From Candidatus Binatia bacterium (GTDB lineage: Bacteria; Desulfobacterota; Binatia; Bin18), in assembly GCA_050185455.1 (NCBI GenBank), contig JBFWZL010000003.1:1-35388 (forward strand): a DNA stretch of 35,388 nucleotides, given 5' to 3'. Shown here in pieces: positions 1-8,707 of this stretch (positions within the stretch are counted from its first letter, which is position 1; each line of letters begins with the position of its first letter). Made by a program: the position numbers and the translations under genes. Under the pieces are notes generated by a model that was not told the DNA's origin, searched no databases, and was given only the letters and a program-made list of their open reading frames with translations.

Positions 1-1
1 A

Positions 2-253
2 CGTTGGGGGTTGCTCACAAAAGTTGTCGAACCGGAGGCATTGGCGACAGAGACAAAAAAGTTGGTAGCTCGTTGTCTACAAGTCGGCTGGAAAGCGGCA
101 ACGGCGGCGAAACCACTTTTACGAGACGCGTGGTCGATGGATTTCGAGACCTTGGTGGAAGAAGTGGATCGCGCTCGGGCAGTATCGATTGAAACCGGTG
201 AGTTGAGCGAGTCAATGCAGGTGTATCGGGAGAAGAGACAACCAAAGGTTTAG
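2..253 (+). CDS. Enoyl-CoA hydratase/isomerase (crotonase) family, C-terminal fragment (5' end outside window)
   Basis: Frame open from base 2: RWGLLTKVVEPEAL...AKPLLR...YREKRQPKV*. This resembles the crotonase C-terminal pattern GLVnkVVp.eeL...K.ll...F.EKR.P.f. Confidence 0.7.
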   Translation, partial: RWGLLTKVVEPEALATETKKLVARCLQVGWKAATAAKPLLRDAWSMDFETLVEEVDRARAVSIETGELSESMQVYREKRQPKV

Positions 254-462
254 GGGCTAGGGATTCGGAGCCAAGGGTATTGTGTGAGGGAGAATACTGT
301 CATTGCGAGGAGCGCGAGTGATGAAGCAATCTCTGATCTCGAAAGCAAAGATTGCTTCACTGCGTTTGCAATGACAGCTCAACGTAATCTTGCTTAGTTC
401 AGGATGGATGGCAATATTTCACCGTATTATTTTTCCAGTCCCAAGCCTCTAGCCTCTAGTCC
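247..462. repeat. Inverted pair of degenerate heptamer arrays (GGGCTAG-type at 247-274; CTAGCCT-type at 435-462)
   Basis: Left: GGTTTAG GGGCTAG GGATTCG GAGCCAA. Right: CCAGTCC CAAGCCT CTAGCCT CTAGTCC. The right units are approximately the reverse complement of the left units. Confidence 0.55.
297..377. repeat. Palindromic repeat element of the GTCATTGCGAG...GAAGCAATCT / AGATTGCTTC...GCAATGAC type
   Basis: Outer IR CTGTCATTGC (297-306) / GCAATGACAG (368-377). Inner perfect 11-bp IR TGAAGCAATCT (322-332) / AGATTGCTTCA (349-359). Confidence 0.8.
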
Positions 463-470
463 CTCGTTTT

Positions 471-1661
471 ATGCGTGACGTCATCCTCAACTTCATCAAC
501 GAACTTCGTCAGTCCGGATTGTGCATCTCACTCAGTGAAAGCATGGATGCGATGCAAGCGCTGGCGGCGATTGGCCTTGAGCGTGATTTCCTGCGCGAGG
601 CGCTAGCGGCGAGCCTTGTGAAAGAAGAGGAGGATCGTCCGACTTTTGACGAAATTTTTGCGCGATTTTTTGCCGGACCAGGAAGGAAGCGAAAAGGGAA
701 GCTGGAGAAACAAACCGGCGAAGGGGAAGGGCAGCGGGCGAAAGAGACGGGTATGCAGTCGCGCCCTCAGGAACAACCGGCGAAGAAACCACAAACCGTT
801 GAGCAGTCTTCTCAGTCACAAAAGGAGCAACAAAAGCGGCAAGAACAGCCTGGCACCGTGCAAGAAACGAAGAAACGCAACGAGAAAACAGGAAGGGACG
901 CCAAGGAAGATGAATTACAAGCGCAACAGGAAACAAAATTGGCGCTTCGCCGCGCCCTTCTGGAAAAACCGTTCAAGGAGTTTGACGCGCGTGACGTTGA
1001 ATCTACGAAAGAACTTGTCGCAGAGCTAGCTCGGCGGTTGCGCGGTCGTTTGAGCCGCCGTTACAAACGCGGTCGCCGTGGCAGGTTCGATTTTCGCCGC
1101 ACGTTCCGTGCCTCGGTCGCACGTGGCGGAGCGCCAATCGAACTGTTTTGGCGTTATCGTCGTCCAGGCAAGCCTGATTTGGTGGCGTTGTGTGACCTGT
1201 CCGGATCGGTAGCGATTGTCAGTGATTTTTTACTGGCGCTGATTGCTCCGGCGGCGGACTATTTTCGTCGGGCGCACACCTTTGCATATGTCGATCGTCT
1301 CTGTGAAGTCTCGTTCGAGAATGGGTATGTCGTGCCACACGAGACGCTTGATTTATACGCACGATCCGATTTCGGGAAAGTTTTGCAACAGTTCTGGGGA
1401 GAGAGTGGCGAGCAGTTGTTGACGCGAAATACCATCGTACTGGTGCTGGGAGATGCGCGTAACAATCGTCGCCCGCCACGACCGGATCTCTTGGCGCGCA
1501 TGCACGATCGCGTTAAAAAGCTGATCTGGCTGAATCCTGAACCACGCGAGCGCTGGAACATCGGGGATAGCGTCATGAGCGCTTACACGCAGTCCTGTGA
1601 TCTTGTGTTGGGTTGCGGAAACCTCAAGGAACTGCTGAACGCGTTGACGCGCCTGTTGTAG
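471..1661 (+). CDS. CoxE-like von Willebrand factor A (vWA) domain protein
   Basis: N-terminal FI.ELR..GL..S..E..DA..AL, a Q/E/K-rich linker, MIDAS DLSGS, and C-terminal LGDARNN and IWLNPEP...W..GDS.M motifs typical of CoxE/VWA_CoxE. Confidence 0.88.
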   Translation: MRDVILNFINELRQSGLCISLSESMDAMQALAAIGLERDFLREALAASLVKEEEDRPTFDEIFARFFAGPGRKRKGKLEKQTGEGEGQRAKETGMQSRPQEQPAKKPQTVEQSSQSQKEQQKRQEQPGTVQETKKRNEKTGRDAKEDELQAQQETKLALRRALLEKPFKEFDARDVESTKELVAELARRLRGRLSRRYKRGRRGRFDFRRTFRASVARGGAPIELFWRYRRPGKPDLVALCDLSGSVAIVSDFLLALIAPAADYFRRAHTFAYVDRLCEVSFENGYVVPHETLDLYARSDFGKVLQQFWGESGEQLLTRNTIVLVLGDARNNRRPPRPDLLARMHDRVKKLIWLNPEPRERWNIGDSVMSAYTQSCDLVLGCGNLKELLNALTRLL

Positions 1662-1723
1662 GAGCAGCATAAAGTTTGTTGAATGGAGGAGATTAGGAAG
1701 TAGAGAAACGAGCCGCTACACCT

Positions 1724-3352
1724 CTATGCCGTTCTCAGTTCCGCCAAATATTCCCGAAACCGCCGATTGGTCAAAATCGCATATCCTCCGTTTTTCTCTT
1801 CTAAATAGCGAATCAACGCCTCTCCGCTCAGTCCAAGAAATCCGTGCAGAATACAACCGATCAGTAGACTTGATCGATTTACGCTCGCGACACAGTGGAC
1901 CAGTATTTTTTTATCTGTCGTTCGCAGCAGATCGGCGAGCCATGAACTCAGGCTGTGCAACATTGCCAGGTCTGGTAGGTCTCCATCGTCAACCGGCCAG
2001 GTAAGCGAGATTGCTCCTGGCAGCGGCGGTAGATGGCTTCGCTCCGTTAAATTCACGATGACGCCGATTTGTTTTTTCTTCAACAAAATTTCATCGGGCA
2101 ATCCTGATTGATACAGCCGTTCAGGAATGATCTCGCTCAGCCGCGCCGTGCGCCCTACGCCGATCCAGCCGAAACCTGGATGCTCTGTGTAGGAAGCCTC
2201 TCCTGGTTCCTTGCCCGCCAGCGCGGCCTGGATGAAGGGATGAGCCGTAACGTCGTGATTGAAACGTTGCTCGACGTTGGGGAGGAGCGTGGCGTGGTTG
2301 CGGGTGTAATTGATAGCGCAAGCGCCGAGATTGATCGGTCCCTGATGCCCTGGATTCCATGGGCTGTGCGCTGGATCGCCAAACATATGAAAGACCAGTT
2401 TGAAGAATTCTCCCTGGCGATTGTAGCCAAAGGTGTAAAACGGCATCCACAGTTGTGCATCAACGTAGAAAATGCGCCGTGTATAATGGTGCCCAGGATC
2501 TTTTGCGAGTGCTTCTACAATGTAGGCACGACGCAGTTGATAGAGATCAGTGGGGTACCACCCGTTGCGTCCACCAAAGCTCGCCACACTACTGGGAATA
2601 CCCACTGGAGCCAGGACAACCGTTTCCCCTAAGTAGCGCCAGGTTTGTGTGTGCACGCTGCCATTATACCCATAACCGTCCTCGCCGTGATAATCGCTCC
2701 GTAATGAAGTGACGTGTCGCGGGGCGTACACCCAAGCGTCGTCGGGCTGGCGGTCGTCCTCATAGCGATATGATACGCTTTGCCATCCCGCTAGCTCTTG
2801 GGGACTGGTCATCTCCGAAACGGTAACGTGGTAAAGACCAAGTGAGTTAGGCGGCATTGTTGGCGGCGTAAGAATCGTGCGATGGGTGAACCGCAGCCGC
2901 CGCATATGCATTTCCAGGGCGCTCTCGACTTCGCTTCCTTGAAGAGTCGTCCACAGAACCCGCAGTTCCTCGCTATCTCCTCCGAGCGAGCGAAAACGGA
3001 GATTCCAAGCGATCTTTAATCCGGCTTGGGGATCGGCTTGCTCAATAACTGGGAAGGGAAGCCCGGCAACGTAATTGACCAGGTTTCCCTGTGCATCGAG
3101 CGCAACATCGGCGGCATAGTGTAATGTTGCGGCGCGATAACGTTCGTGGAGAGGATACTCTTGCGGCGGTGCTATTGTAATCGTCAGGCCACCGGTGCGC
3201 ACGAGCACGAGCAATTCGGGGGGAAGGATGTCCCGGGCCGCTTCCCAATTGCGCTCGGAAACAACGTCGCCAGCAGTAAGGTGCAAATGGCTTGGCAACC
3301 CATTCCGGTAAGGAGAAAGGGCGTCACTGATACGTTGCGATGGGCGAGACAT
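1724..3352 (-). CDS. DUF1329-family domain fused to C-terminal dual-specificity/tyrosine phosphatase-like (CX5R) domain
   Basis: DUF1329 motifs (NYVAGLPFP.I...DP.AGLKIAWN, DDAWVY.P, HHYTRRIFYVD) followed by VIVNLTE, WPVDDGDLP acid loop and P-loop ILVHCVASVNRS. Confidence 0.8.
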   Translation of the reverse strand: MSRPSQRISDALSPYRNGLPSHLHLTAGDVVSERNWEAARDILPPELLVLVRTGGLTITIAPPQEYPLHERYRAATLHYAADVALDAQGNLVNYVAGLPFPVIEQADPQAGLKIAWNLRFRSLGGDSEELRVLWTTLQGSEVESALEMHMRRLRFTHRTILTPPTMPPNSLGLYHVTVSEMTSPQELAGWQSVSYRYEDDRQPDDAWVYAPRHVTSLRSDYHGEDGYGYNGSVHTQTWRYLGETVVLAPVGIPSSVASFGGRNGWYPTDLYQLRRAYIVEALAKDPGHHYTRRIFYVDAQLWMPFYTFGYNRQGEFFKLVFHMFGDPAHSPWNPGHQGPINLGACAINYTRNHATLLPNVEQRFNHDVTAHPFIQAALAGKEPGEASYTEHPGFGWIGVGRTARLSEIIPERLYQSGLPDEILLKKKQIGVIVNLTERSHLPPLPGAISLTWPVDDGDLPDLAMLHSLSSWLADLLRTTDKKILVHCVASVNRSSLLIGCILHGFLGLSGEALIRYLEEKNGGYAILTNRRFREYLAELRTA

Positions 3353-3418
3353 AGCCGAGTTTTACCAGTGCGCAAGCGCACTCTACAAGTGACGTTTCAC
3401 ATTTTACCTCTCATGTCT

Positions 3419-3970
3419 TTACTTGTTTCCACTCCCTAATGCCTGATTCAGCGCCTGGCGATATGGGTAGGTATCCATATAGATACGCAATATTTTGAAC
3501 TTGCCCTGCTCGTCGAACGTCCAGAAATTGAGATTGTTCATGACAATTGGGGCGCCGTCTTTGGTCTTTCCTTCTAGATGAAGGGGCGCCACAAGCTTCT
3601 TGCCGTCGATAACGATGTCGGTCGGACCAGCATGGTAATCGACAAGGCTGCTCGTCAGGTTTGTGTAAAACGCGCGTAACGCCTCTTTGCCTTTGATGCC
3701 TTGTTCGCCCGTCATGGGGTTAATGATCACGGCGTCATCAGCAAACAGAGAAAGAATGCCGTCGACATCGCCTTTGGTCACTCGCTCAAAATACGCACGA
3801 GCGGCAGTTTCCATCTGTTGCTCGGCTGGGGTGCGGGCCATACTCATCTCCTTCGTTGTCTTGAGGGGTTCTTCCGCCTGCGCCACGAAACTCCTTGTGA
3901 GTTCCAGGCAAATCCAGACGCTAGACAAGAGGAGCCTTTGCCGGAGTGTTGTTCCTACCCTGAATTTCAT
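3419..3970 (-). CDS. NTF2/SnoaL-like (ketosteroid isomerase-like) protein, possibly exported; alternative internal start at 3841
   Basis: YFERV..GDVDGILSLFADDAV...P...G.KGKEALRAFY and terminal FDEQGKFK.LRIY.D. The N-terminus is signal-like (FVAQA/EE). An AAGGAG precedes the ATG at 3841. Confidence 0.85.
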   Translation of the reverse strand: MKFRVGTTLRQRLLLSSVWICLELTRSFVAQAEEPLKTTKEMSMARTPAEQQMETAARAYFERVTKGDVDGILSLFADDAVIINPMTGEQGIKGKEALRAFYTNLTSSLVDYHAGPTDIVIDGKKLVAPLHLEGKTKDGAPIVMNNLNFWTFDEQGKFKILRIYMDTYPYRQALNQALGSGNK

Positions 3971-4024
3971 TGGCTTCCTCGCGTTGGTGTCTTTGGGCTG
4001 ATAGTTGTCTATTCGTCGCTCCGG

Positions 4025-4912
4025 CTAGCTTAGCTTCACATCCCGCGCGAATCGCTCCATCATACCCGCCATTTCTTCATAATTGCGTGCGAAGTTGAAG
4101 AAGGCGAGATAGAGATAGGTGGCTCCGAGTTCTTGATACTTGGGAATGTCGTCGATCATCGCTTCTGGACGTTTGCCGCGCGGCGACACGCATAACGTGA
4201 TTGTAGAAAGATCTCGTCCAGCCTTGGCCGCTTTCTCTTTCAGTTTGTCGAGTCGTTCGGCGAATTCTTGCGGGCTGAAGACAACTGCCGCCCAACCGTC
4301 GCCATATTCCACGACACGACGTAAGGCAGGACCAAGGTGTCCACCGATCCAAATGGGCGGATGCGGTTTCTGCACTGGACGTGGTTCACAACGCAGGTCA
4401 GCAAAGTTGAAGTAGCGACCGGCGAAGCGCGGATTCTCACTCGTCCACAGCTCTTTCATGGCCGCGACGGTCTCATCGCTCAGCGCGCCGCGTTCGGAGA
4501 ATGGGGCGTTCAAGGCGTTGAACTCTTCTTCCATCCAACCTACGCCTACACCCAGAATCACCCGACCACCTGATAACACATCTAAGGTAGCGACGGTTTT
4601 AGCAGTGACAACCGCGTGACGATGAGGCAGCACCAATACTGCCGTGCCCAAGCGTATTTTAGTCGTACAGGCGGCGGCAAAACTGAGTACGCTGAGGGGT
4701 TCGAGAATAGGCTCTTTGGGGTTGAGCGGAAAGGACCCGCTGGCGGTATACGGATATTTCGAGGCGATATTTGTCGGGGTAACAATATGGTCACCGACCC
4801 AAACGGAATCAAAACCGAGAGCTTCTGCTGTTTGTGCGGTCGTGCGAATATTCGTGAGAACATCGCCCTGGGCAAGCGGTCCAATATGAGGTAGAAACGC
4901 GCCGTATTTCAT
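4025..4912 (-). CDS. LLM-class probable F420-dependent oxidoreductase (Rv2161c-like)
   Basis: AEALGFDSVWVGDHIV, RLGTAVLVLP, TLDVLSGGRVILGVGVGWMEEEF, P.PVQKPHPPIWIGG. Confidence 0.9.
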   Translation of the reverse strand: MKYGAFLPHIGPLAQGDVLTNIRTTAQTAEALGFDSVWVGDHIVTPTNIASKYPYTASGSFPLNPKEPILEPLSVLSFAAACTTKIRLGTAVLVLPHRHAVVTAKTVATLDVLSGGRVILGVGVGWMEEEFNALNAPFSERGALSDETVAAMKELWTSENPRFAGRYFNFADLRCEPRPVQKPHPPIWIGGHLGPALRRVVEYGDGWAAVVFSPQEFAERLDKLKEKAAKAGRDLSTITLCVSPRGKRPEAMIDDIPKYQELGATYLYLAFFNFARNYEEMAGMMERFARDVKLS

Positions 4913-4974
4913 ACATTCCCCCTTGAACGAGAAGGAGCCGTTAGCTCCCCCACCTATTATGGAAGGCAGAAGAA

Positions 4975-5000
4975 CACGGGTAGCAAGCTACCCGTGGCAC
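4975..5000. repeat. REP-like palindrome CACGGGTAGC-AA-GCTACCCGTG followed by GCAC
   Basis: Perfect 10-bp stem. The CAC...CAAG...GTGGC(A/G)C architecture recurs at 25526-25588. Confidence 0.7.
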
Positions 5001-5045
5001 ACAAAAATCCAGATCGTGGTGCGTGCTTCCCTATGTTTTCCACTG

Positions 5046-6518
5046 TCAGCGAGTGACGAATGAATGAGCCAGCATCTGGTTCACTGCCCCCTCAACGATG
5101 GTGTCCTTGAAGAAGTGAGGGTTCGTCGAGGTCCAGAACTTGACAGCGTTGGTAAATACCAGGTCGCGAAAATCCGCATCATTGAGGAGGCCCTGCTCGA
5201 CTAGCTCGTACGCCTCGTGCGCCGCCTCGATCATATCGGGCACGTCCCAATGCCCCAAATCAGACCCATACAGCGCGTAGAGTTTCGTGTCGAACGGCGA
5301 GCCTCTGGTCTCGAAGGCTAGAGCATTTAGTGGGTCATCTCCCTCGCACCCGAAATAGAAGCGCTGCGTGAAGATGTCACGGATTTCTTCGGGACTCTTG
5401 ACGCCGCTCGGCGCCCATTCGTCGAGCAGCGCCGGGTCCTCGCCGCGTGACATGAAAATCTGGTAACTGCGCAAAAGTTCCTCGGCCCGTCCGGCGACGA
5501 GGTTGCCGCCATAGTGACGAGAAAGATTGATGAACGCGTCGGAATCAATAGTGGCGGGGTTGTACTTCTGGACCGCTTCCCAGCTGCGTTTGTCCCAGTG
5601 CGAGAGCAGATCGCAATAGAGGTTGCGCGCCCAGGCGACGCCGCCCTCCATGAAGGCAAACGTGAGCGTGGGAAAGCGCTGCGGCACGCCCCCTAAAAAT
5701 AATCCCCGGCAAATCGCATCCGCACTCGCGGCAAAATTGCCCAGATGGTTGTGCACATAGTTCGTTGGCGTTGCTCTACTTCCCCAGCCGTAGCCCACTG
5801 AATGAAAGGTTGGTGACACGTTTAACTCGACACACTTCGCCCAGACGGGATCATAATCGTATTCACTATCGAGTCCGTAGGTATCTAGCCAACAGGTATA
5901 GCGGGCGGCCTCGGGTGAAATTCGGACGGCGGCCTGAACCGGCCGGCGCACGTAACTAGCCATCATGATGGCGCGTAGCCCCAGTTGGCGAACGGCATAC
6001 TCTAATTCCTCAATTGCCTCCTGCGGCGTGTGCATGGGGATCGTCGCGACCGGCAGCAGACGGTCGGTATAGCCGGCGAACATATCGGCCTTCATCTTGT
6101 TTAGGGCGCGCGTCGCCGCGCGTCGGACTTCTTCGTCCACGATCTGTACGGTCAGCAGACCCAGCGTCGGGTAGACCACTGAGAGGTCGAGCCCCAACTC
6201 ATCCATTCGTTCGTGGAACAGTTTGGGATACAAGGCCGTAGCGAGATCCCTGGTGTTGCGTGCGGGCGTCGCCCACCAAGTGGGTCGCATGCTCCGGCGC
6301 TCGTGACGTTCTTGCGGTGAGAGCGTCCACCAACCCTGGTCGACATAGCCGTCGAAGGTGATGCCGGGAAATCGTTCAGCGACCTTGGGTCCGGCTTCGG
6401 CCCTGAGGTAGTCGAAGAAGATCGGGCCCATTTCAACTTGATGACCATCAGAATCGATGATCGGGTGATTTACCTGTGCGCGGATCGAGGCGGACTTGGA
6501 TATGTGTGTTGACGCCAT
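5046..6518 (-). CDS. Amidohydrolase family 2 protein (metal-dependent hydrolase/decarboxylase, TIM barrel)
   Basis: IIDSDGH, MDELGLD.SV.YPT, YDPVWAKCVEL...PTFH, F.EGGVAW, YGSDLGHWD. GGAGG RBS before the ATG at 6518. Confidence 0.9.
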   Translation of the reverse strand: MASTHISKSASIRAQVNHPIIDSDGHQVEMGPIFFDYLRAEAGPKVAERFPGITFDGYVDQGWWTLSPQERHERRSMRPTWWATPARNTRDLATALYPKLFHERMDELGLDLSVVYPTLGLLTVQIVDEEVRRAATRALNKMKADMFAGYTDRLLPVATIPMHTPQEAIEELEYAVRQLGLRAIMMASYVRRPVQAAVRISPEAARYTCWLDTYGLDSEYDYDPVWAKCVELNVSPTFHSVGYGWGSRATPTNYVHNHLGNFAASADAICRGLFLGGVPQRFPTLTFAFMEGGVAWARNLYCDLLSHWDKRSWEAVQKYNPATIDSDAFINLSRHYGGNLVAGRAEELLRSYQIFMSRGEDPALLDEWAPSGVKSPEEIRDIFTQRFYFGCEGDDPLNALAFETRGSPFDTKLYALYGSDLGHWDVPDMIEAAHEAYELVEQGLLNDADFRDLVFTNAVKFWTSTNPHFFKDTIVEGAVNQMLAHSFVTR

Positions 6519-6676
6519 GGTTGATCCTCCAGCTTGCTCTCCCAACTGCTGTATGTGGGTGGGAAAATCTATCGTAAGTTTGCTGGAAACACAACGATTT
6601 GACTCTGCCTGCTTTGCGCGAGACCACACATCTTGACCTCTACTCTATATTTGCAAACGCGCTTTTGCCGACCTTT

Positions 6677-6692
6677 CGGCATGTATTCTGCT
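6677..6692 (+). promoter_or_regulatory. Putative sigma54 -24/-12 promoter (glutaredoxin-CcdA gene)
   Basis: CGGCATGTATTCTGCT: GG-N10-GC, but the -12 box is CTGC rather than TTGC. Confidence 0.45.
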
Positions 6693-6778
6693 GTCTACAA
6701 TAGCTGAGGTGGTGAATTTATACTGGACTCACGTAAGTCAGAGTAGGCTTTTTGCTGAGATATAGTTGAATATTACTG

Positions 6779-8002
6779 TTGACCAGGTTGCTCTCCGTTT
6801 CCATGATGCAGTTTTTTTTCTTCGCGCTTTTGACTACTTGTCTGTTTCTGCCCGCTCGCTCCGCAGCTGACCTTCAACAGGTACAGGGCGAGCTTGAGGT
6901 GTTCACCCGTCCTGGCTGTCCTCATTGTGAAGACGCCAAACTCTTCCTTGAGGAACTGCGCCGCGAACAACCGGAAATCCACATCGTTGTGCATGATATT
7001 TGGCAGGACCCGGCGGCGCGTGCGCGTTTGCAAGAGCTTGCTACGCGCCAAGGAATACTCACGCCGGGCGTTCCAGCTTTTTACGTACAAGGACAACTAA
7101 TCATCGGATATGGCGGCGCGGATATGACCGGAGCATACCTGAGAGCTTTGTTGCTCCAACCGCAAACTCATGCTCTTAGGGCAGAAGAGAAAACCACCAC
7201 CGGCCTCTGCGAGTCGCGGGAGGATTCCTCTTGCGTGCCAACTGAGCGAAGCCCAACGGCTGAGTCCGAGACCGTGGAAATTCCATTTCTCGGTTGGCGC
7301 TTCACGGTACAGCAGCTTGGTCTTCCATTGTTTACTTGCGTTTTAGGAATATTGGATGGGTTCAATCCCTGCTCGATGTGGGTCTTGATTCTCATGCTCT
7401 CGATGTTGGCGGGTCTCAGAGACCGAAAAAAAATGTTGATCATCGCTGGCGTATTCGTTGCCGTGGAAGGGGTAGCCTATTTTGCTTTTATGGCGGCCTG
7501 GCTGAATATTTTTTTGTTTGTTGGTCTGTCTCGGGCTTCGGAAGTTATTCTCGGAGGGGTTGCCTGTATTGCCGGCGCGATCAATTTGAAGGACTTTTGG
7601 GCTTTTGGTCGAGGGATATCCTTGTCCATCCCCAAGGCGGCGAAACCCGGAGTGTACGCAAAACTGAGGCGGATTCTGCAGGCGGAGAGCCTCTCTGCCG
7701 CTGTGTGCGGCACTATCGTGCTTGCGCTACTCGTCCAAATAGTAGAGTTTCTCTGTACGACAGGCTTCCCAGCGTTGTACACGCGGATCTTGACGTTGCG
7801 ACAGTTAGATAGCGGAACCTATTACAGCTATCTCCTCCTGTATAATTTCATGTACATGTTGGACGATCTCTTGGTGTTAACCATTGGAGTTGTGACGCTC
7901 AGTCAGCGTCGTCTACAAGAAAAAGAAGGAAAATGGCTCAAACTCCTGAGCGGCGTGGTGATGATGATTCTCGGTCTTTATTTACTCAGCCCTCCTGCGT
8001 AG
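6779..8002 (+). CDS. Glutaredoxin/NrdH-like (CPHC) domain fused to CcdA/DsbD-like transmembrane electron-transfer domain
   Basis: Signal-like N-terminus, FTRPGCPHC and cis-Pro GVPAF. The multi-TM region carries DGFNPCSMWVL and VEFLCTTGFP cysteine motifs. Start is uncertain (6779 or about 6803). Confidence 0.82.
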   Translation: MTRLLSVSMMQFFFFALLTTCLFLPARSAADLQQVQGELEVFTRPGCPHCEDAKLFLEELRREQPEIHIVVHDIWQDPAARARLQELATRQGILTPGVPAFYVQGQLIIGYGGADMTGAYLRALLLQPQTHALRAEEKTTTGLCESREDSSCVPTERSPTAESETVEIPFLGWRFTVQQLGLPLFTCVLGILDGFNPCSMWVLILMLSMLAGLRDRKKMLIIAGVFVAVEGVAYFAFMAAWLNIFLFVGLSRASEVILGGVACIAGAINLKDFWAFGRGISLSIPKAAKPGVYAKLRRILQAESLSAAVCGTIVLALLVQIVEFLCTTGFPALYTRILTLRQLDSGTYYSYLLLYNFMYMLDDLLVLTIGVVTLSQRRLQEKEGKWLKLLSGVVMMILGLYLLSPPA

Positions 8003-8033
8003 TTTAACTTTCGGTTCTCTTCCGCGATCTAAG

Positions 8034-8068
8034 TGACAATTTTGCCAGTTTTGAGAAAAATTTTCTTA
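8034..8068. promoter_or_regulatory. Candidate enhancer-binding-protein sites (two imperfect palindromes)
   Basis: TGACAATTTTGCCA (8034-8047) and TGAGAAAAATTTTCTTA (8052-8068), about 60-95 bp upstream of a -24 box. Confidence 0.5.
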
Positions 8069-8128
8069 CTATTTCGCAAAAAAAAGAAACACATTCTGTA
8101 TTCCCTCTTGATTGATACTGTCTCATGT

Positions 8129-8144
8129 CGGCACATATTTTGCC
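8129..8144 (+). promoter_or_regulatory. Sigma54 -24/-12 promoter (cytochrome c)
   Basis: CGGCACATATTTTGCC: GG-N10-GC with TTGC. Confidence 0.75.
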
Positions 8145-8178
8145 CTCTAGGGAGTCAACCTACCCCAGGAGGCGCAGA

Positions 8179-8613
8179 ATGCGAGCAAGATCTCGAATAA
8201 AGAGAAGAGGAAAACAACTCATTCAGGTTGGAGTGATCTTTTTGTTCGCGTTTTGCGTACAGGTGCACCCCGGCTTTGCCCAAGAGGATGAAATCGCGGC
8301 TGGAGGAAGGTTCCAATACCAATCGCATTGCGCGGTGTGTCACGGAGTAAAAGGGGTAGGGGATGGCAGGATGGCTGATGATCTATTGGTCAAGCCGTCC
8401 AATCTTACGCAGTTAGCCAAGAAGAATGGCGGATCGTTTCCTTTTTGGAAGGCTTATCGGGTGATCGACGGTCGTGATGAAGTCGAGGCGCACGGCTCGC
8501 GCGCCATGCCTGTATGGGGGGTCTGGTTTCATCGAATGGAGGGAAGCGAGTTGCTTGCAACCGGGCGTATCTTGGAACTGATCTATTATTTGAAATCCAT
8601 CCAAGAAAAGTGA
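8179..8613 (+). CDS. Monoheme class I cytochrome c, periplasmic
   Basis: Signal peptide, heme motif CAVCH, and HGSRAMPVWG with axial Met. AGGAGG RBS before the ATG at 8179. The 8125 start overlaps the promoter. Confidence 0.9.
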   Translation: MRARSRIKRRGKQLIQVGVIFLFAFCVQVHPGFAQEDEIAAGGRFQYQSHCAVCHGVKGVGDGRMADDLLVKPSNLTQLAKKNGGSFPFWKAYRVIDGRDEVEAHGSRAMPVWGVWFHRMEGSELLATGRILELIYYLKSIQEK

Positions 8614-8707
8614 AGTAGGTGGAAGAGAATCTCATATGGTTCTCTTCTTAAGCATTTCAAAGGAGAGCGTGGGACGGAGGGCTTGGCGTATCTCTCCCCA
8701 CCCTTTG

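Noticed and set aside
6651-6670. Possible minus-strand sigma54 box for the amidohydrolase (CGGCAAAAGCGCGTTTGC)
   Set aside because: GG-to-GC spacing is 13 rather than the required 10.
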